A stretch of DNA of 64,000 nt from Rebecca billardiae RCC1528 (GCA_965240325.2 OZ251230.1:1116001-1180000); one strand, 5' to 3'; positions 43,125-56,331 are shown, counted from the first letter of the stretch. The notes: a model not told the origin generated them from the letters alone. Made by a program: numbers and translations.

Positions 43125-44945
43125 ATGGACGTCACGGCGGCGACCTTTGCGATCCTCGCGGCCGCGGCGGGGGCGCACGCCGGGCATGCCGGGCAGTGGG
43201 CTGACGCCGACCGCGTGCACACCATGCCCTCGTACGGGCCGCCCCCGACGCCCACGTTCTCGGGCTTCCTCAACGCCGACGCGGCCGAGCCGGGCACGCG
43301 TCTCCACTACCATTTCGCCGTGAGCAGCCGCGCGCGCGCGGGCGAGCTGGTGGACAAGGCGGGCGAGACGATCCCGGTGGTGCTCTGGCTGAACGGCGGC
43401 CCTGGCAGCTCGTCGTACCTCGGCCTGTTCCAGGAGCTCGGCCCCCTCCTGATCAACGGCACCGGCGGGCTCTTTGAGAACCCGTACGCGTGGACGACGC
43501 GCGCGCACCTGCTCGTGCTCGAGTCGCCGGCGGGCGTGGGGTACTCGTACTGCAAGGCGCAGCTCGCGGGCGGCGGGTGCGTCAACACGGACAAGTCCAC
43601 CGCCGCCGCCGCGCGCGCCGCCGTCGCCGACTTCTACACGGCCAAGTTCCCCGAGCTCCGACACGCGCCTCTCTACCTGACGGGTGAGTCGTACGCTGGC
43701 GTGTACGTGCCCACGCTGGCGCTGGAGCTGCTCGAGCACGCGCACGGCGTGGTGCCGCTCGCGGGGCTGGCGGTGGGCGACCCGTGCACCGACAACAAGC
43801 TGCAGCACGACTCGATGGACATGGTCTGGTACGCGCACAAGTACGGGCTGCTGCCAGACGCTGACTTCCAAACCCTCTGGCACAGCTGCGAGTACCGCCA
43901 GCCGAGCGCGCTGGCCGCCGGCCGGTGGCACGCGGCGGCGGACGGCTCGGGGCTCCGCGCGGCGCGCGCGCCGTCGTCGCCGCCCTCGGCGGCGCCGCCC
44001 TCGGCGGCGTGCACCCTCGCTCGGCGCAAGTTCCTCGCCACCACCTCGCGCGGCTTCAGCCAGACGTGGGCGCGCGCGTACCTGAACGATCTGACGCTCT
44101 ACGGCCCGTCCGCCACGGCCACGTTCGACGTGCCGCGCTCGCTCGACGCTCTGACCGCAGCGTACCTCTCGCGCGCGGACGTGCGCGCCGCGCTGCACGT
44201 CGAGCGCGCGCCCGCCGCCGCGTGGCCCGGCCCCGCCGCCAACTGGAGCTACACCTCCGACTACGCCGCGTGCAACGAGGCGTCCCGGCCGGGCGTTCCC
44301 TCGATGATTGCCTTCCACCGCAAGCTCGCGCCGTCGCTCAAGCGCACGCTCGTGTTCAACGGCGACACGGACCCGTGCGTCTCGTACGAGGGCACGCGCG
44401 AGGCGGTGCGCCAGGTCGGCTTCCCCGAGGTCAAGGGCGGCTCGTACCGCCCGTGGTTCTTCAACGCGAGCGCCGCGGCGGAGTCGGTGCTGCGCGCCAA
44501 GCCGCTGCTCTTTGGGCCGTCGCTCGCGCTGCAGCCGGGCGGCGCGCAGATGGGCGGCTCGGTCGTGGACTACGCGCACGGGCTGTCGTTTCTCACCGTG
44601 CACGGCTCCGGGCACATGTGTGCGCTGCGCCGCTTGCTCCGCGCCCCGAGCGCCGTGCGTGGCGCTCGCTCGCGCTGCGGGACGCCGCCAGCGAACACCA
44701 CCGGTGGCCCTCGACGCACCGAGCACGCGCCCGCCCCGCCCTCCCCGCCCGCGTGCCGCAGGGTCCCGCAGTTCCGCCCGCGCGCGGCACTGCACCTGCT
44801 GGACAAGCTGCTGTCCGGCGAGCCGTTCTCGCCGCCCCTGCCGTCCGACGACGAGCTGCGCGCCATCTCCGAGGACGACTTCGACGCAGCGGTCGACAGC
44901 TGGACGGACGCCGCGAGGGCGGCGCCGTACGTCACGCCGTGCTGA
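43125..44945 (+). CDS. Serine carboxypeptidase (peptidase S10), 2 exons (43125-44617, 44762-44945), ~558 aa
   Basis: Signal peptide; WLNGGPGSSS, LESPAGVGYSY, GESYAG, FNGDTD, TVHGSGHM|VPQFRP across a GT-AG intron. Confidence 0.93.
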   Translation: MDVTAATFAILAAAAGAHAGHAGQWADADRVHTMPSYGPPPTPTFSGFLNADAAEPGTRLHYHFAVSSRARAGELVDKAGETIPVVLWLNGGPGSSSYLGLFQELGPLLINGTGGLFENPYAWTTRAHLLVLESPAGVGYSYCKAQLAGGGCVNTDKSTAAAARAAVADFYTAKFPELRHAPLYLTGESYAGVYVPTLALELLEHAHGVVPLAGLAVGDPCTDNKLQHDSMDMVWYAHKYGLLPDADFQTLWHSCEYRQPSALAAGRWHAAADGSGLRAARAPSSPPSAAPPSAACTLARRKFLATTSRGFSQTWARAYLNDLTLYGPSATATFDVPRSLDALTAAYLSRADVRAALHVERAPAAAWPGPAANWSYTSDYAACNEASRPGVPSMIAFHRKLAPSLKRTLVFNGDTDPCVSYEGTREAVRQVGFPEVKGGSYRPWFFNASAAAESVLRAKPLLFGPSLALQPGGAQMGGSVVDYAHGLSFLTVHGSGHMCALRRLLRAPSAVRGARSRCGTPPANTTGGPRRTEHAPAPPSPPACRRVPQFRPRAALHLLDKLLSGEPFSPPLPSDDELRAISEDDFDAAVDSWTDAARAAPYVTPC

Positions 44946-45055
44946 TGCCTGATGTGAAAGCGGACGAGTTTCATCCGAGTTTCCAAAAACAACTCCCCAA
45001 TATGCTAAACGCGCGCTCGATGCATGTTACTTGAATCATTTTCAAAACGTCGTGG

Positions 45056-46400
45056 CACTCAGTGGGGTGAAAATCCCATTTTCTGGCCTGTCCGGGCGGA
45101 AAATCCGGCTGCTCAGATCTGACCGGACCGGGACCCGGACAGCACAGTATCTAGGGACCAGACACTTTTACATCTTCGTTCTCTTCGGATTTGAGCATGG
45201 GGCGGCGCCCCATTTGCACAGTCAAAAGATCGCGGGTGTAAAAGCAACCGTTGTCGAGTTCGATGTAGCGGCTGGGCGAATTAGTGAATTAAAAAACAAT
45301 TCACGAGACACTTGCGCCCACGGCCGCGATGGCGTGCGCCGTCCACCCACGACGGAGTCGTGGACGGACATCGCTACACAGCCTACGCGACAGGCGTTGT
45401 CGTGATCGAGGTGCCCGTGCCCGTTGTCGATAGCCAAGCAATTGGCACGACGACCTGGCACCACATCCGCGTCAAGCGCGGCGAGGCCGTGGTCCAGCGC
45501 GTGTGCGGCAAGCTGGCCGATGTGCGGACGGCGGCGGGTGGCGCAGGGGCCCCTGCCGATGCTATCTGGCGGCTACTGCGGGGCCTGCTGCCGTGGTCGA
45601 GCCTGAGGCAGACGGTGAGTCAACCGCGGAGCAGCTCAACGCTTCCGAGATCGAGCTGCGCGCGGTCGGACCAGATGACGGCCCGCGGCCGTCCAAGCGC
45701 ACACGCAAGGACGCCCGAGCAGACGCGTTCAGTCCGAGCAAAGCCTGGTCGGCGTACGAGCGCGAGCCAGCTCAGACACGGCACGAGCGCACGCGTGACG
45801 GCTCGTACGATGAGCTCGTCGGCTTGGTCACCGGGCTGCCGTCGCTCGTCGCATCGCTTGTCACGTCACACTCAGCTGAGCAGAGACATCACTCCCGCCG
45901 TTCAGCTGATCGACGAGGACGAGGCGGCCAAGGCGGCGGCGGCCCAAACGCCTGGAGGAGGAGCGCAGAAGGAGGAGGAGCTCACAGCGCTGAGCCTGTG
46001 GGGCCGCGCCGAGGCCAGGCACCGCGGCCAGCGGCTGCAGTCGCGGGTGGCTGCCGGACAGCACGGCTCGGCGGCACACGCTCACTCATACGTCGATCCT
46101 CTTGCTCGAGAGTCGAGGCGGCGGGCAAGGTGCAGGCCACACGCGAGCTTGCTAAGCGTGCGTAGGCCGAGCCGCAGCTGAGCCCCGAGGGTGCTCGGGA
46201 CGCCGCGTGCGCAAGCAGGCCGCCTCGCAGCAGATCGGGTGCTTCGCACAATAACTACGCGGATACACCCGGAAAAATTTCTTCGCACTGCGTGCGCTTT
46301 ATTCCCTTATTTATTGTTTATTCCTTATTCGCGTATTAAATGACGCTTTTCCGCCTCCCCAGTGCGGAAGTGCGCCAGAAAATGGGAATTCCACCCAGTG
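45056..46400. mobile_element. Decayed TIR element with CACT...AGTG termini
   Basis: Left CACT(cagt)GGGGTGAAAATCCCATTTTCTGGC vs right GCCAGAAAATGGGAATTCCACCCAGTG; no TSD recovered; broken internal ORFs. Confidence 0.6.
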
Positions 46401-47838
46401 CAACGGGCACGGGCGTCAGCCAGACTAGTAGCAGCCAGTCGCCTGTATAGTGCCATTAGTGGCTGTATTCGGCTCTAAGCTGTAAGCTGTAAGCTAGTTA
46501 TATATACTACTTACGTGCTATATATATATATATATTTATTTAACGACGTGGCAGCATCGGACAAGCGTCAGGCTCAGAGTGCAACAGACACATAGAATGC
46601 GTCCGCGCCTTCCGTCCAGGTCAGACAGTGCGCCACCCGCAGCCCTGCCCCCCTACGGGAGCGGGGCCGGGATGGAGCACCGCCTCGGCCTGGGGCACGC
46701 GGCGGCGACGGCAGATGCCGCCGCGGCCGAGCGCCTTCCAGAGCACTTGGATGAGGGTGAGGTCGTAGTCGATGTCGCCGCCCGCCGACCTAGCGGCGAG
46801 CAGCTCCGGCAAGCGGCAGCCGCGGCTGTCGCCCCCGTGCGCCCGCGTGGGCGCCTGGATGAGGATGAGGTCGTAGTACGCGTCGCCGCGCGCCGGCCAA
46901 GCGGCGCGCAGCTGCAGAAGAGGGGCTTGGAGAGTGAGCGCGCCGCCTAGCGCGCTCTGGGCGATGAAGCAGATGAGGTGGTAGTCGATGTCGCAGCCCA
47001 GCCCGCCGGCGGGCTGCTGCAGATGCAGTGCTTGATGCTGGGGAACCTGGCCCCTGGGCGCGTCACACCCCGCACCCCCTGCCCCACCTAGCCCTCCTAG
47101 GGTGGAGCGAAGGGCACGGAGGAGGCCAGCGCCAAGGGCCAGATGGGTGCAGCATATCCGTACAGCGCCGAGATTACGCGGGCTCTGCGATCCATGGCGA
47201 GCTTGTGACTTGGGGCGGCGACTCGCGCAGCAGTTTGGCCGCTCGATGTACGAGTTCGCGTCCGGACGAGTACGCGCGGCATGCAGGCTGCCGCCAGTGG
47301 GTACTGGCTACGAGTCCAAGCCCGCATGACCCTCACATCTCGAGTCTGCACCCTGCCGTTCGCTGTGTCAAAGCAGTCGCAACGCACAAGCGTCGTTGAG
47401 TGTCGATCGGCTGCGCGAGCGCGGTCTCGCCCCGCCCAACCCAAGTGTGTGCGAGTGAGCATGTGTCTTGAGCATGTGGCGTGCGTTGACGCCATCCGCG
47501 ACGGCCGACATGGCCATGGAGCGCCCGCATCACTCGCCTGCACCGTGCCCTTCATAGCCTACGGGAAGCTCCGCAAATCTGTTGATTTTGCTCTTTTTTG
47601 CCCGTTGGAGTCATGTTCTTCGCTTGGTTCTTCGTGCACTGAAAACCCTATTTTAAAGAATGAATTTTAGCGCGCGCGGGCGGCAGCGGAGCGCAACCAA
47701 CCCGCGGAGTGTCCGAAGGAGATCTCCGAGACGCTAAATGTGAGCCAATTCTTGTCGCCTGCGCACCAACCTTGCGCCCGGGACCGACCATTAAAGTTGA
47801 GTGAGTCTCCCGTGAGTCTCCCGGCGCTGTACGGATAT

Positions 47839-49273
47839 GGGTCGATTTTTTTGGCTTCGGCGCACGGGACCAGGGCTGGTTCTCGCCTGCCTGAGCTGTG
47901 TGCGTCTCTTATTCTTAGTAAACTGTAGCGCCGATGGGCGCCCATGGCGCCCGTCCGCCCCAGTGGCGCTCCACTGTGTCGAACGCGAGCTCCTGCGCTG
48001 CCCTACGCGGGTGCCGTTGGTCGCGCGCTGGTCGAGCGACCTTGGGCACATGACTGCTCCTCGTGGCGCGCGTCTTGACCGTCGACTGAGCGCGCACTCC
48101 TGCCCACGAGCACGCCGCACCGACCTCGTCGCATCATTCGAACCAGTGGGCCGCGCAAACATGCGCGTGGGTAGGCATGAGTGAGGTGAGCGCGCTCAAA
48201 CGCTCGCTTGCCTGGAGGGGAGCTCCGTATCGATGAGTCTCGCACGCGTTTGCCTCGCGTCGAGCCCATCTGGGAGCAGTCACCGCACGCGCAGACACGC
48301 GTTGCGAAAGGATGATCAGCCGGCCACGCGTGCAGAGCAAAGCAGATGACTGCCCGTGCGTCAAACCGCATCAGACTGGTATCCGCCGCTGCGTAGCATG
48401 CGAGCCGTACCCAGGCGCGACTGCACAGCCAGCAGACGCCGCGCCCAACGCCTTCAAACAGCGCACGCACCGCCTGTTGTCATCCTCGTGGATTGCTCGG
48501 AGCCGACGATCGCAGCACGCGGATAGCAAACAAGCTCTGGCCGACGTTTGAAGCCCGTAACGATGCCGAGCTGCGCTGTGCGTGTGTAGTATGGGTCGAT
48601 CGCGTGCGCGCCACAGCCACGGCACGCACCCCAACTCCACTGTGGGCCCATGATGCGTGCGTACCAACCAGCAGTCAAAAACACACCGCCGAGCACCGTC
48701 GACGTGTCAACCGTGCACACACTCAAGGCGAGTGCGAGCACAGCCGGATGCAGGTGGCTGGCCGTGGCAGCTGGGGAGAGCGCTGCGGCATGCTAGCCGC
48801 CGCTCGCCTCGATGGCCTCGCAGAGGAGCAGCAGCTTCAAATTTTCAAGCTCACCTGCGCGGAGAGCACGTGATGCGTGTAGCGCGCGCAGGAAGGGCGT
48901 CATGCGGTTAGGTCTTCCAGTTCCTGTCACAACATCATCTGAACCATCTCAAACTGCCAAACCTAACCGCATGACGCTTTTTCTCGTCCCGCAACGTGGC
49001 GCGCAAGCATGCGCAAGAATGCAACATCCAATTCCAAATGCAATCGCTGCGTGTGCGCGAGGCAGACGCGGAGAGGGGCGTGGCGGCACGCGAGATGGCG
49101 CACCTGGGTGTCCTCGTCACCGCCGACCAGCGCGAGGGGCCGCGCGCCCTTCGCCCGCGTCGCACGACCCCGGCAGGCGCGAGCCCCCGCAAACGCAACT
49201 TTCGCGCGCTTTCACGATGGCCGCTCGTTGACGAGATCGGCGCTCCGTGCGCCGAAGCCAAAACAATCGACCC
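47839..49273 (-). mobile_element. Decayed PHIS-superfamily (Harbinger/ISL2EU-like) DNA transposon, 1435 bp
   Basis: 29-bp TIRs GGGTCGATT(T/G)TTTTGGCTTCGGCGCACGG; AT on both flanks; frameshifted minus-strand remnants resembling DDE_Tnp_4 (DPYYTR, ACCDRRLR, GD, RAF..H, GVLVGR). Confidence 0.7.
47881..47925 (-). mobile_element. Solo Tc1/mariner-type MITE terminal repeat nested in the PHIS element
   Basis: TCTCGCCTGCCTGAGCTGTGTGCGTCTCTTATTCTTAGTAAACTG|TA. Confidence 0.8.
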
Positions 49274-49305
<32 letters not shown>

Positions 49306-49315
49306 CAGTTATTTA

Positions 49316-51007
<1,692 letters not shown>

Positions 51008-51434
51008 CGGATCAGTCTGCAGGGACGAACACGACCAGGATTATCGTCAGCGCTCCTCGCAGTCGCCCCCCCCATCACTCATCACCCATCGACATCATGA
51101 TCAGGCATCACTCGGACACTCCGCATTTGTAGCCGCGTAAACGTCATGCATCAGACTGCCGAATAACGAAGCCCGACGCACCGTGACCGTCTTATGGAGT
51201 TATGGGCTCTGGCGTTGACGCGTGCCGCTGACTACGCATCGTCACTGGCAGCCGTCGTCTCGAAGTAGTCCTCGTGTGCAGCGCCCCCGTGTGCAGCGCC
51301 CCCGTTAGCGCACGTGAGCCTCAGCCATGCGTGCGCGGGTGATGAGCATCTTGGCCTGGCCACGCAGGCAGCAATGCCCAGCTCGCGCCGCATGGCGGTG
51401 CCATTCATCGACATTCGACGTCAAAACTCAAATA

Positions 51435-51670
51435 CAGTTTAAGTAAGTAGTAAGACACACACAGCTCAGGCCCCCAGGCGAGATACAGTTTACTATGTTT
51501 TAACGTGCGCACACGGCGTGCTGATTGACGCCAGCATCCAACAGACCAACACTGCACAAAGACACCGCCACAAAACAGACCGGCGCAGGCCCCTTTACGT
51601 ACGCACGTTAAAACAAATAAACTGTATCTCGCCTGCCTGAGCTGTGTGCGTCTCTTATTCTTAGTAAACT
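51435..51670. mobile_element. Tc1/mariner-type MITE (~236 bp) with ~70-bp imperfect TIRs
   Basis: TA|CAGTTTA...CACACAGCTCAGG..CAGGCGAGATACAGTTTA..TTTTAACGTGCG mirrored at the right end. Confidence 0.75.
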
Positions 51671-51994
51671 AGAGAGTGAGTTGCAGCCTGCCGCTGCACG
51701 CCGGCGGCAGCTTCACGAATCACGACCACCTTCAGACGTTGATAGCCGGGTGCGGACAGCGCGCTGCAGACTCGGCACTCGCTGATGCAGACGACGCCGC
51801 AGTGCGCACGTGCCAGCCCTGAGGACTTCTTAATAAATGAACTGCATGCTCAGATTGATGATGGTTAGCTGGCAGCCGCAGCGTCATACTAAGACAGCTG
51901 GCGGTCACGTCACATTCGTCAAGTTAGCTGCTGCCGCCACGGTCCCGAGTGCTGCGGACGCTGGGGCGGGTGGCGGGTGCAGCCTGCGTTGACA

Positions 51995-52720
51995 ACTGCG
52001 CAGGGCACGCATCAAGCGCGCGCCCCTACTGTCTACTGAGCCTCGCACCGTGTATGTAGGGCTGGTGGACGGCCGTACTGAACACTTGCAGGCGACGCCC
52101 GGTGCGCAGTAATCCAGTCGCGCAACACTGATTCGGCGCACCGCCGTCGAGAGTTCGGCAGCAGCAGGGCCAGGCAGCCAGGTGCCAACCGCGCAGGGCA
52201 CGGCACGCATCAAGCGCGCGCGCCGACTGAGCCTCGGACCGTAGGGCTGGTGGACGGCCGTAAACACTTGCAGGCGAGGCCCGGTGCGCACATCCAGTCG
52301 AGCAACACTGATCGGCGCGCCGCCGTCGAGAGTTGCAGCAGCAGGGGCAGGCAGCCAGGTGCCAACCGCGCAGGGCATGGCACGCATCAAAACAGTTGCA
52401 GGCGAGGCCCGGTGCGCAGATCCAGTCGAGCAACGCGGACGGCGGCGCGCCACTCCGTCGAGAGATGTAGAGAGTTGCAACCGCCGGGGCAGGTCGTTAG
52501 GTGACAACCGCGCAGGACACGCATCAAGCGTGCGCCTCCTGAGCGCCGGGCAGGAGAGCGGCCGTGATCAGTTGCAAGCGACGCCCGTCGTGCGGATCAC
52601 TCGATCACTCGTCGAGCCGTCGGGATCACTCGTCGAGCGTTACAGATCGGTCATCCGGGCACCCGGTCGTGAGGTGCAGGCGAGGTGCAGGTGGAGGACG
52701 GCCGTCGACAGTTGCAGGTG
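51995..52720. repeat. Degenerate tandem repeat, ~140-200-bp units, about 4 copies
   Basis: Recurring CACGCATCAA, TTGCAGGCGAxGCCCGGTGCGCA and CCGTCGAGAG blocks. Confidence 0.75.
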
Positions 52721-53107
52721 ACAGGGCGTGAACATCTTGCTCACACATCACCCCGACGGTCCACACCCTCGGTCGCAGCCCCGCGGCGCCCGCGGTGGCA
52801 TCTCGACCTCCCGTCACGGCGGTCAGCCTGGCCCGAGCGCCCCCTCTATTTCTTTGGAGCGGGCCCCTCTTGACGAGCGAGTATCATCGCGGTTGCTGTT
52901 CAAATAGTGAGCCGCCTATTAACTTGAGTCGCGTCGGCTGTAATCGATCGACGGACCCTGATTGGCCCTCTATGTTTCGTCGAGAAGATTTTTCCCTCGA
53001 ACGATCAACATGTTAAAATCATCGCGAAGCCAACAAACGCGTACTCCGATTCTTGTTTGTCGAGACCAATACGTGCGAGGACTGTCCCAACCGCAAGCAC
53101 CTTGGGT

Positions 53108-53242
53108 AAAAAATGCCGAACCGATGGTTTGACGAGTAAAGCCCGTCGAACCGATGGTGTTTCGGAGTAAAAGCCGTCGAACCGTTGGTTTGACGAGTAA
53201 AAAAAGCCGAACCGGTGGTTTGTCATAGGGAAAACACCGAAT
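53108..53242. repeat. Minisatellite, ~30-bp unit x4
   Basis: AAAAGCC(GTC)GAACCGxTGGTTTGACGAGT-like units. Confidence 0.8.
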
Positions 53243-53380
53243 TGTGGGCAATTTCGTATTCCGGGCACACCTCTTCCGTACTCGTATTTTACACGATTAA
53301 GTAGAGTAGACTGTACCGGGTTGCAGACGGACGGTCTCTGCTGGAGACCGTCCGGCTGGCTGCCAGCTCAATCAAGGACG

Positions 53381-55084
53381 ATGGAGGCGAACGCTTCCGC
53401 GGCGGTTGCGCTCCTCTGGCGCAAGTCGGGGCGTGGGGACGCGCGTGCGACGTTCCTTCTGGCGCGGCGGGCTGAGGATGGCGACGGCATCGCGCGGGAC
53501 GAGCGCGAAGCATTTCGCCTGTACACCCTCGCCGCTGAGCGCGGCTTTGCCGATGCGCAGGTGAGAATGGGCGATATCTGCGCGCAGGGCGAGCTCGGTC
53601 AGCACGTGGACCTCGAGGCAGCGCCGCGCTGGTACCGGCTGGCGGTCGAGCAGGGCCAGGCCTGGTGCTACGGGCAAGGCGAGGGTGTGCAGCCAGATTG
53701 GGGTGAGGCAGTGCGCTGGTACCGGCTGGCGGCCGAGCAGGGCTTTGCTCATGGGCAGTACAGTCTAGGCGTGCACTACGCGCAAGGCGAGGGTGTGCAG
53801 CAGGAGTTAGGTGAGGCAGTGCGCTGGTACCGGCTGGCGGCCGAGCAGGGGCATGCGCTCGCGCAGTACAATCTGGGCGTGTGCTACTTGCAAGGCACTG
53901 GTGTGCAGCAGGATATGGGCGAGGCAGTGCGCTGGTTCCGGCTGGCAGCCGAGCAGGGCTATGCTGAGGCGCAGTACAACCTGGCCATGTGCTACGAGCA
54001 AGGCGGAGGTGTGCAGCAGGATATGGGCGAGGCAGTGCGCTGGTACCGGCTGGCGGCCGATCAGAGCCATGCGTACGCGCAGTACAGTCTGGGCTTGTGC
54101 TACGCGCAAGGCAAGGGGGGTGTGCAGCAGGATATGGGCGAGGCAGTGCGCTGGTTCCGGCTGGCGGCCGAGCAGGGCTTTGCTCAAGCGCAGTTCAATC
54201 TGGGCGTGTGCTACGAGCAAGGCAAGGGTGTGGCGCAGGATTGGGGCGAGGCGGTGCGCTATTACCGGCTGGCCGCCGAGCAGGGCTATGCTGAGGCGCA
54301 GTACAACATGGGCGTATGCTACGTGGCCGGCAGGGGTGTGCAGCAGGACCTGGGCGAGGCAGTGCGCTGGTACCGTCTGGCGGCCGAGCAGGGCGATGCG
54401 GAAGCGCAGCTCACCATGGGCGTGTGCTATGAGAAAGGCAAGGGTGTGGCGCAGGATTGGGGCGAGGCGGTGCGCTGGTACCGGCTGGCCGCCGAGCAGG
54501 GCTATGCGCAAGCGCAGTACAACATGGGCGTATGCTACGTGGCAGGCAGGGGTGTGCAGCAGGACCTGGGCGAGGCAGTGCGCTGGTACCGGCTTGCAGC
54601 CGAGCAGGGCCAAGCTGAAGCACAGTACAATCTGGCCATGTGCTACATGCAAGGAGAGGGTGTGCAGCAGGATCGGGGCGAGGCGGCGCGCTGGTACCGC
54701 CTGGCTGCTGATGGCGGGATTGCATCTGCCCACAGCATGCTGGGACAGCTGACGCTGGCGGGTGAGGGAGTGGAGCGTGACGTGGAGGAGGGCGCGCGGC
54801 TGCTGCGCCGTGGGCAAGAGCTCGATCCAGACCTCAGAGATATGGTGTGCGATGTGCTGGCTGCGTCAGCTGGAGTGCGAGAGGTGGCCTCCCAATGCTG
54901 CCTCGCCTGCTGGCGCACGGGTCGTGGTCTGAAGAAGTGCGAGCGGTGCCATGTGGCGGTCTTCTGCTCGCGTGAGCACCTGCGCAGCTCGTGGAGGGTG
55001 CACAAGCCCCACTGCATTGAGTGGTGCGCAGAGGCAGCAGGTGAAGCCTCTGCCAGTGCCGCAGCTGCACCCGCTGTCGTGTAG
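53381..55084 (+). CDS. Sel1-like repeat protein (13 repeats) with C-terminal MYND zinc finger, paralog 1, ~567 aa
   Basis: 36-aa AQYNLGxCYxxGxGVxQDxxEAVRWYRLAAEQG repeats; CxxC...CERCHVAVFCSREHLRSSWRVHKPHC; ATG 53381 matches the paralog 2 start; in-frame deletion in repeat 3. Confidence 0.92.
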   Translation: MEANASAAVALLWRKSGRGDARATFLLARRAEDGDGIARDEREAFRLYTLAAERGFADAQVRMGDICAQGELGQHVDLEAAPRWYRLAVEQGQAWCYGQGEGVQPDWGEAVRWYRLAAEQGFAHGQYSLGVHYAQGEGVQQELGEAVRWYRLAAEQGHALAQYNLGVCYLQGTGVQQDMGEAVRWFRLAAEQGYAEAQYNLAMCYEQGGGVQQDMGEAVRWYRLAADQSHAYAQYSLGLCYAQGKGGVQQDMGEAVRWFRLAAEQGFAQAQFNLGVCYEQGKGVAQDWGEAVRYYRLAAEQGYAEAQYNMGVCYVAGRGVQQDLGEAVRWYRLAAEQGDAEAQLTMGVCYEKGKGVAQDWGEAVRWYRLAAEQGYAQAQYNMGVCYVAGRGVQQDLGEAVRWYRLAAEQGQAEAQYNLAMCYMQGEGVQQDRGEAARWYRLAADGGIASAHSMLGQLTLAGEGVERDVEEGARLLRRGQELDPDLRDMVCDVLAASAGVREVASQCCLACWRTGRGLKKCERCHVAVFCSREHLRSSWRVHKPHCIEWCAEAAGEASASAAAAPAVV

Positions 55085-55470
55085 TTAAGTGCTGCTATCA
55101 GTAGTAGTGCTATCATCCTAAGCAGATCGTAATTATCTGCTTGAAGCAGTGGCTTATAGTCATCATCATCTTAGTCCGTTATTAGGGCCCCTATCGTTAT
55201 CGGCTGCAAAGTGCAATGCATGCATCGTCATCACGCGGGCCATCCGGGCGGCAGGGCTGCATTCGATGGCTGCTGGGCCGAGTGGGCGTGCGCGGCCAGG
55301 CTCACAGCTGACGATGACGCCTGGCTGGTCACCACTGGCTGGCGGTAGGCTTCGTAGACTCGTATAGTCGCCTGCACGTACCCCCATACTATACTACTAG
55401 ACTATACTGTACCGAGTAGTAGATGCATGACGATTGCTGCGCAGCAATCAGCATGTTGGCTAATATGTAA

Positions 55471-55886
55471 CAGTTTACTATCGGAATAATAAGCCGTATC
55501 TACGCACACAGCATAGGCAGGCGAGACAGTATTGCTGCATGCCACGTCGTCGGAGAAGGGTGTCCCGAAGCTGGCTCAAGGCCCTGCTCGGCCGTCAGCC
55601 GTAACCAGCGCCTCAGCTTGTGCCAGTGATGGGGGGTGCCACAAGCCCCACTGCATCGCGGAGTGGTGCGCAGAGGCAGCAGGTGAAGCCTAGCTGCAGC
55701 AGCTGCACCCGCTGTTGTGTAGTGCTGCTATCATCCTGAAGCAGATCGTACATACTTCTTCTCGCAGTCATCATCATCATCTCATTGCTGCACTTCGGCA
55801 GCGTTCGATGGCTGGCCGCTGCCAGGCGCGCGCTGCCCTGCTCCGAAGTTGGATGACGCGCCTGGTCGCCTGCCTGCACCCCCATA
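55471..55886 (+). pseudogene. Collapsed third Sel1-MYND unit: decayed MITE TIR, 5' flank, inverted Sel1 scrap, gene 3' end and 3' flank
   Basis: CACAAGCCCCACTGCAT...GAGGCAGCAGGTGAAGCC...GCTGCACCCGCTGTTGTGTAG at ~55640-55722; flanks resemble 56335-56395 and 55085-55390. Confidence 0.75.
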
Positions 55887-56331
55887 CAGTTTACTAAGAA
55901 AGAATTATAAAAGACGACGCACACAGCAGCTCAGGCAGGCGACGGCCCCTGCCAACTGTCACCGCCCATGAAGCCGTCGCGGATGGTAGCGCCGTCGGAA
56001 AATTCGTTCAGCCGTCCGCCTGCGAGGCCTGGATGAGGGCTGCGGCCGCCTCGCGGCGCGCCAGCGCCCGTCATCCTCGCCCCACCGTCGTCCACAAAAC
56101 GTCGTGGTCCGATTCCGAACTCTCCGACTGGGCGCCGATGCAACAGCGCGCCGATCGACAGGATGAGGACAGTGTTGATCACCCGGAGCCCGTTATAAAG
56201 GGGAATTTATTGCAAGTGTACCGATTAGTATATGCTGGAAAGTTGCATACAGTTTACTATGATTTATTAACGTGCACACTTGGTTAAGGCGTGATTAACG
56301 CCATCCAACACTGCACAAAGACACCGCCACA
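55887..56331 (+). mobile_element. Left part of the Tc1/mariner-type MITE, interrupted by a ~300-bp insertion (55943-~56246)
   Basis: TIR to 55942, resumes ATACAGTTTACTATG...CACTGCACAAAGACACCGCCACA as in 51482-51571. Confidence 0.7.

Noticed and set aside
42196-47925. Composite transposon carrying the carboxypeptidase between two inward-facing MITE TIRs
   Set aside because: The right TIR lies inside a separate PHIS element, the TIRs are abundant, and TA flanks are uninformative
53108-53242. 30-bp palindromic repeat as a CRISPR-like array
   Set aside because: Contiguous units without spacers; more likely a minisatellite or TE subterminal repeat
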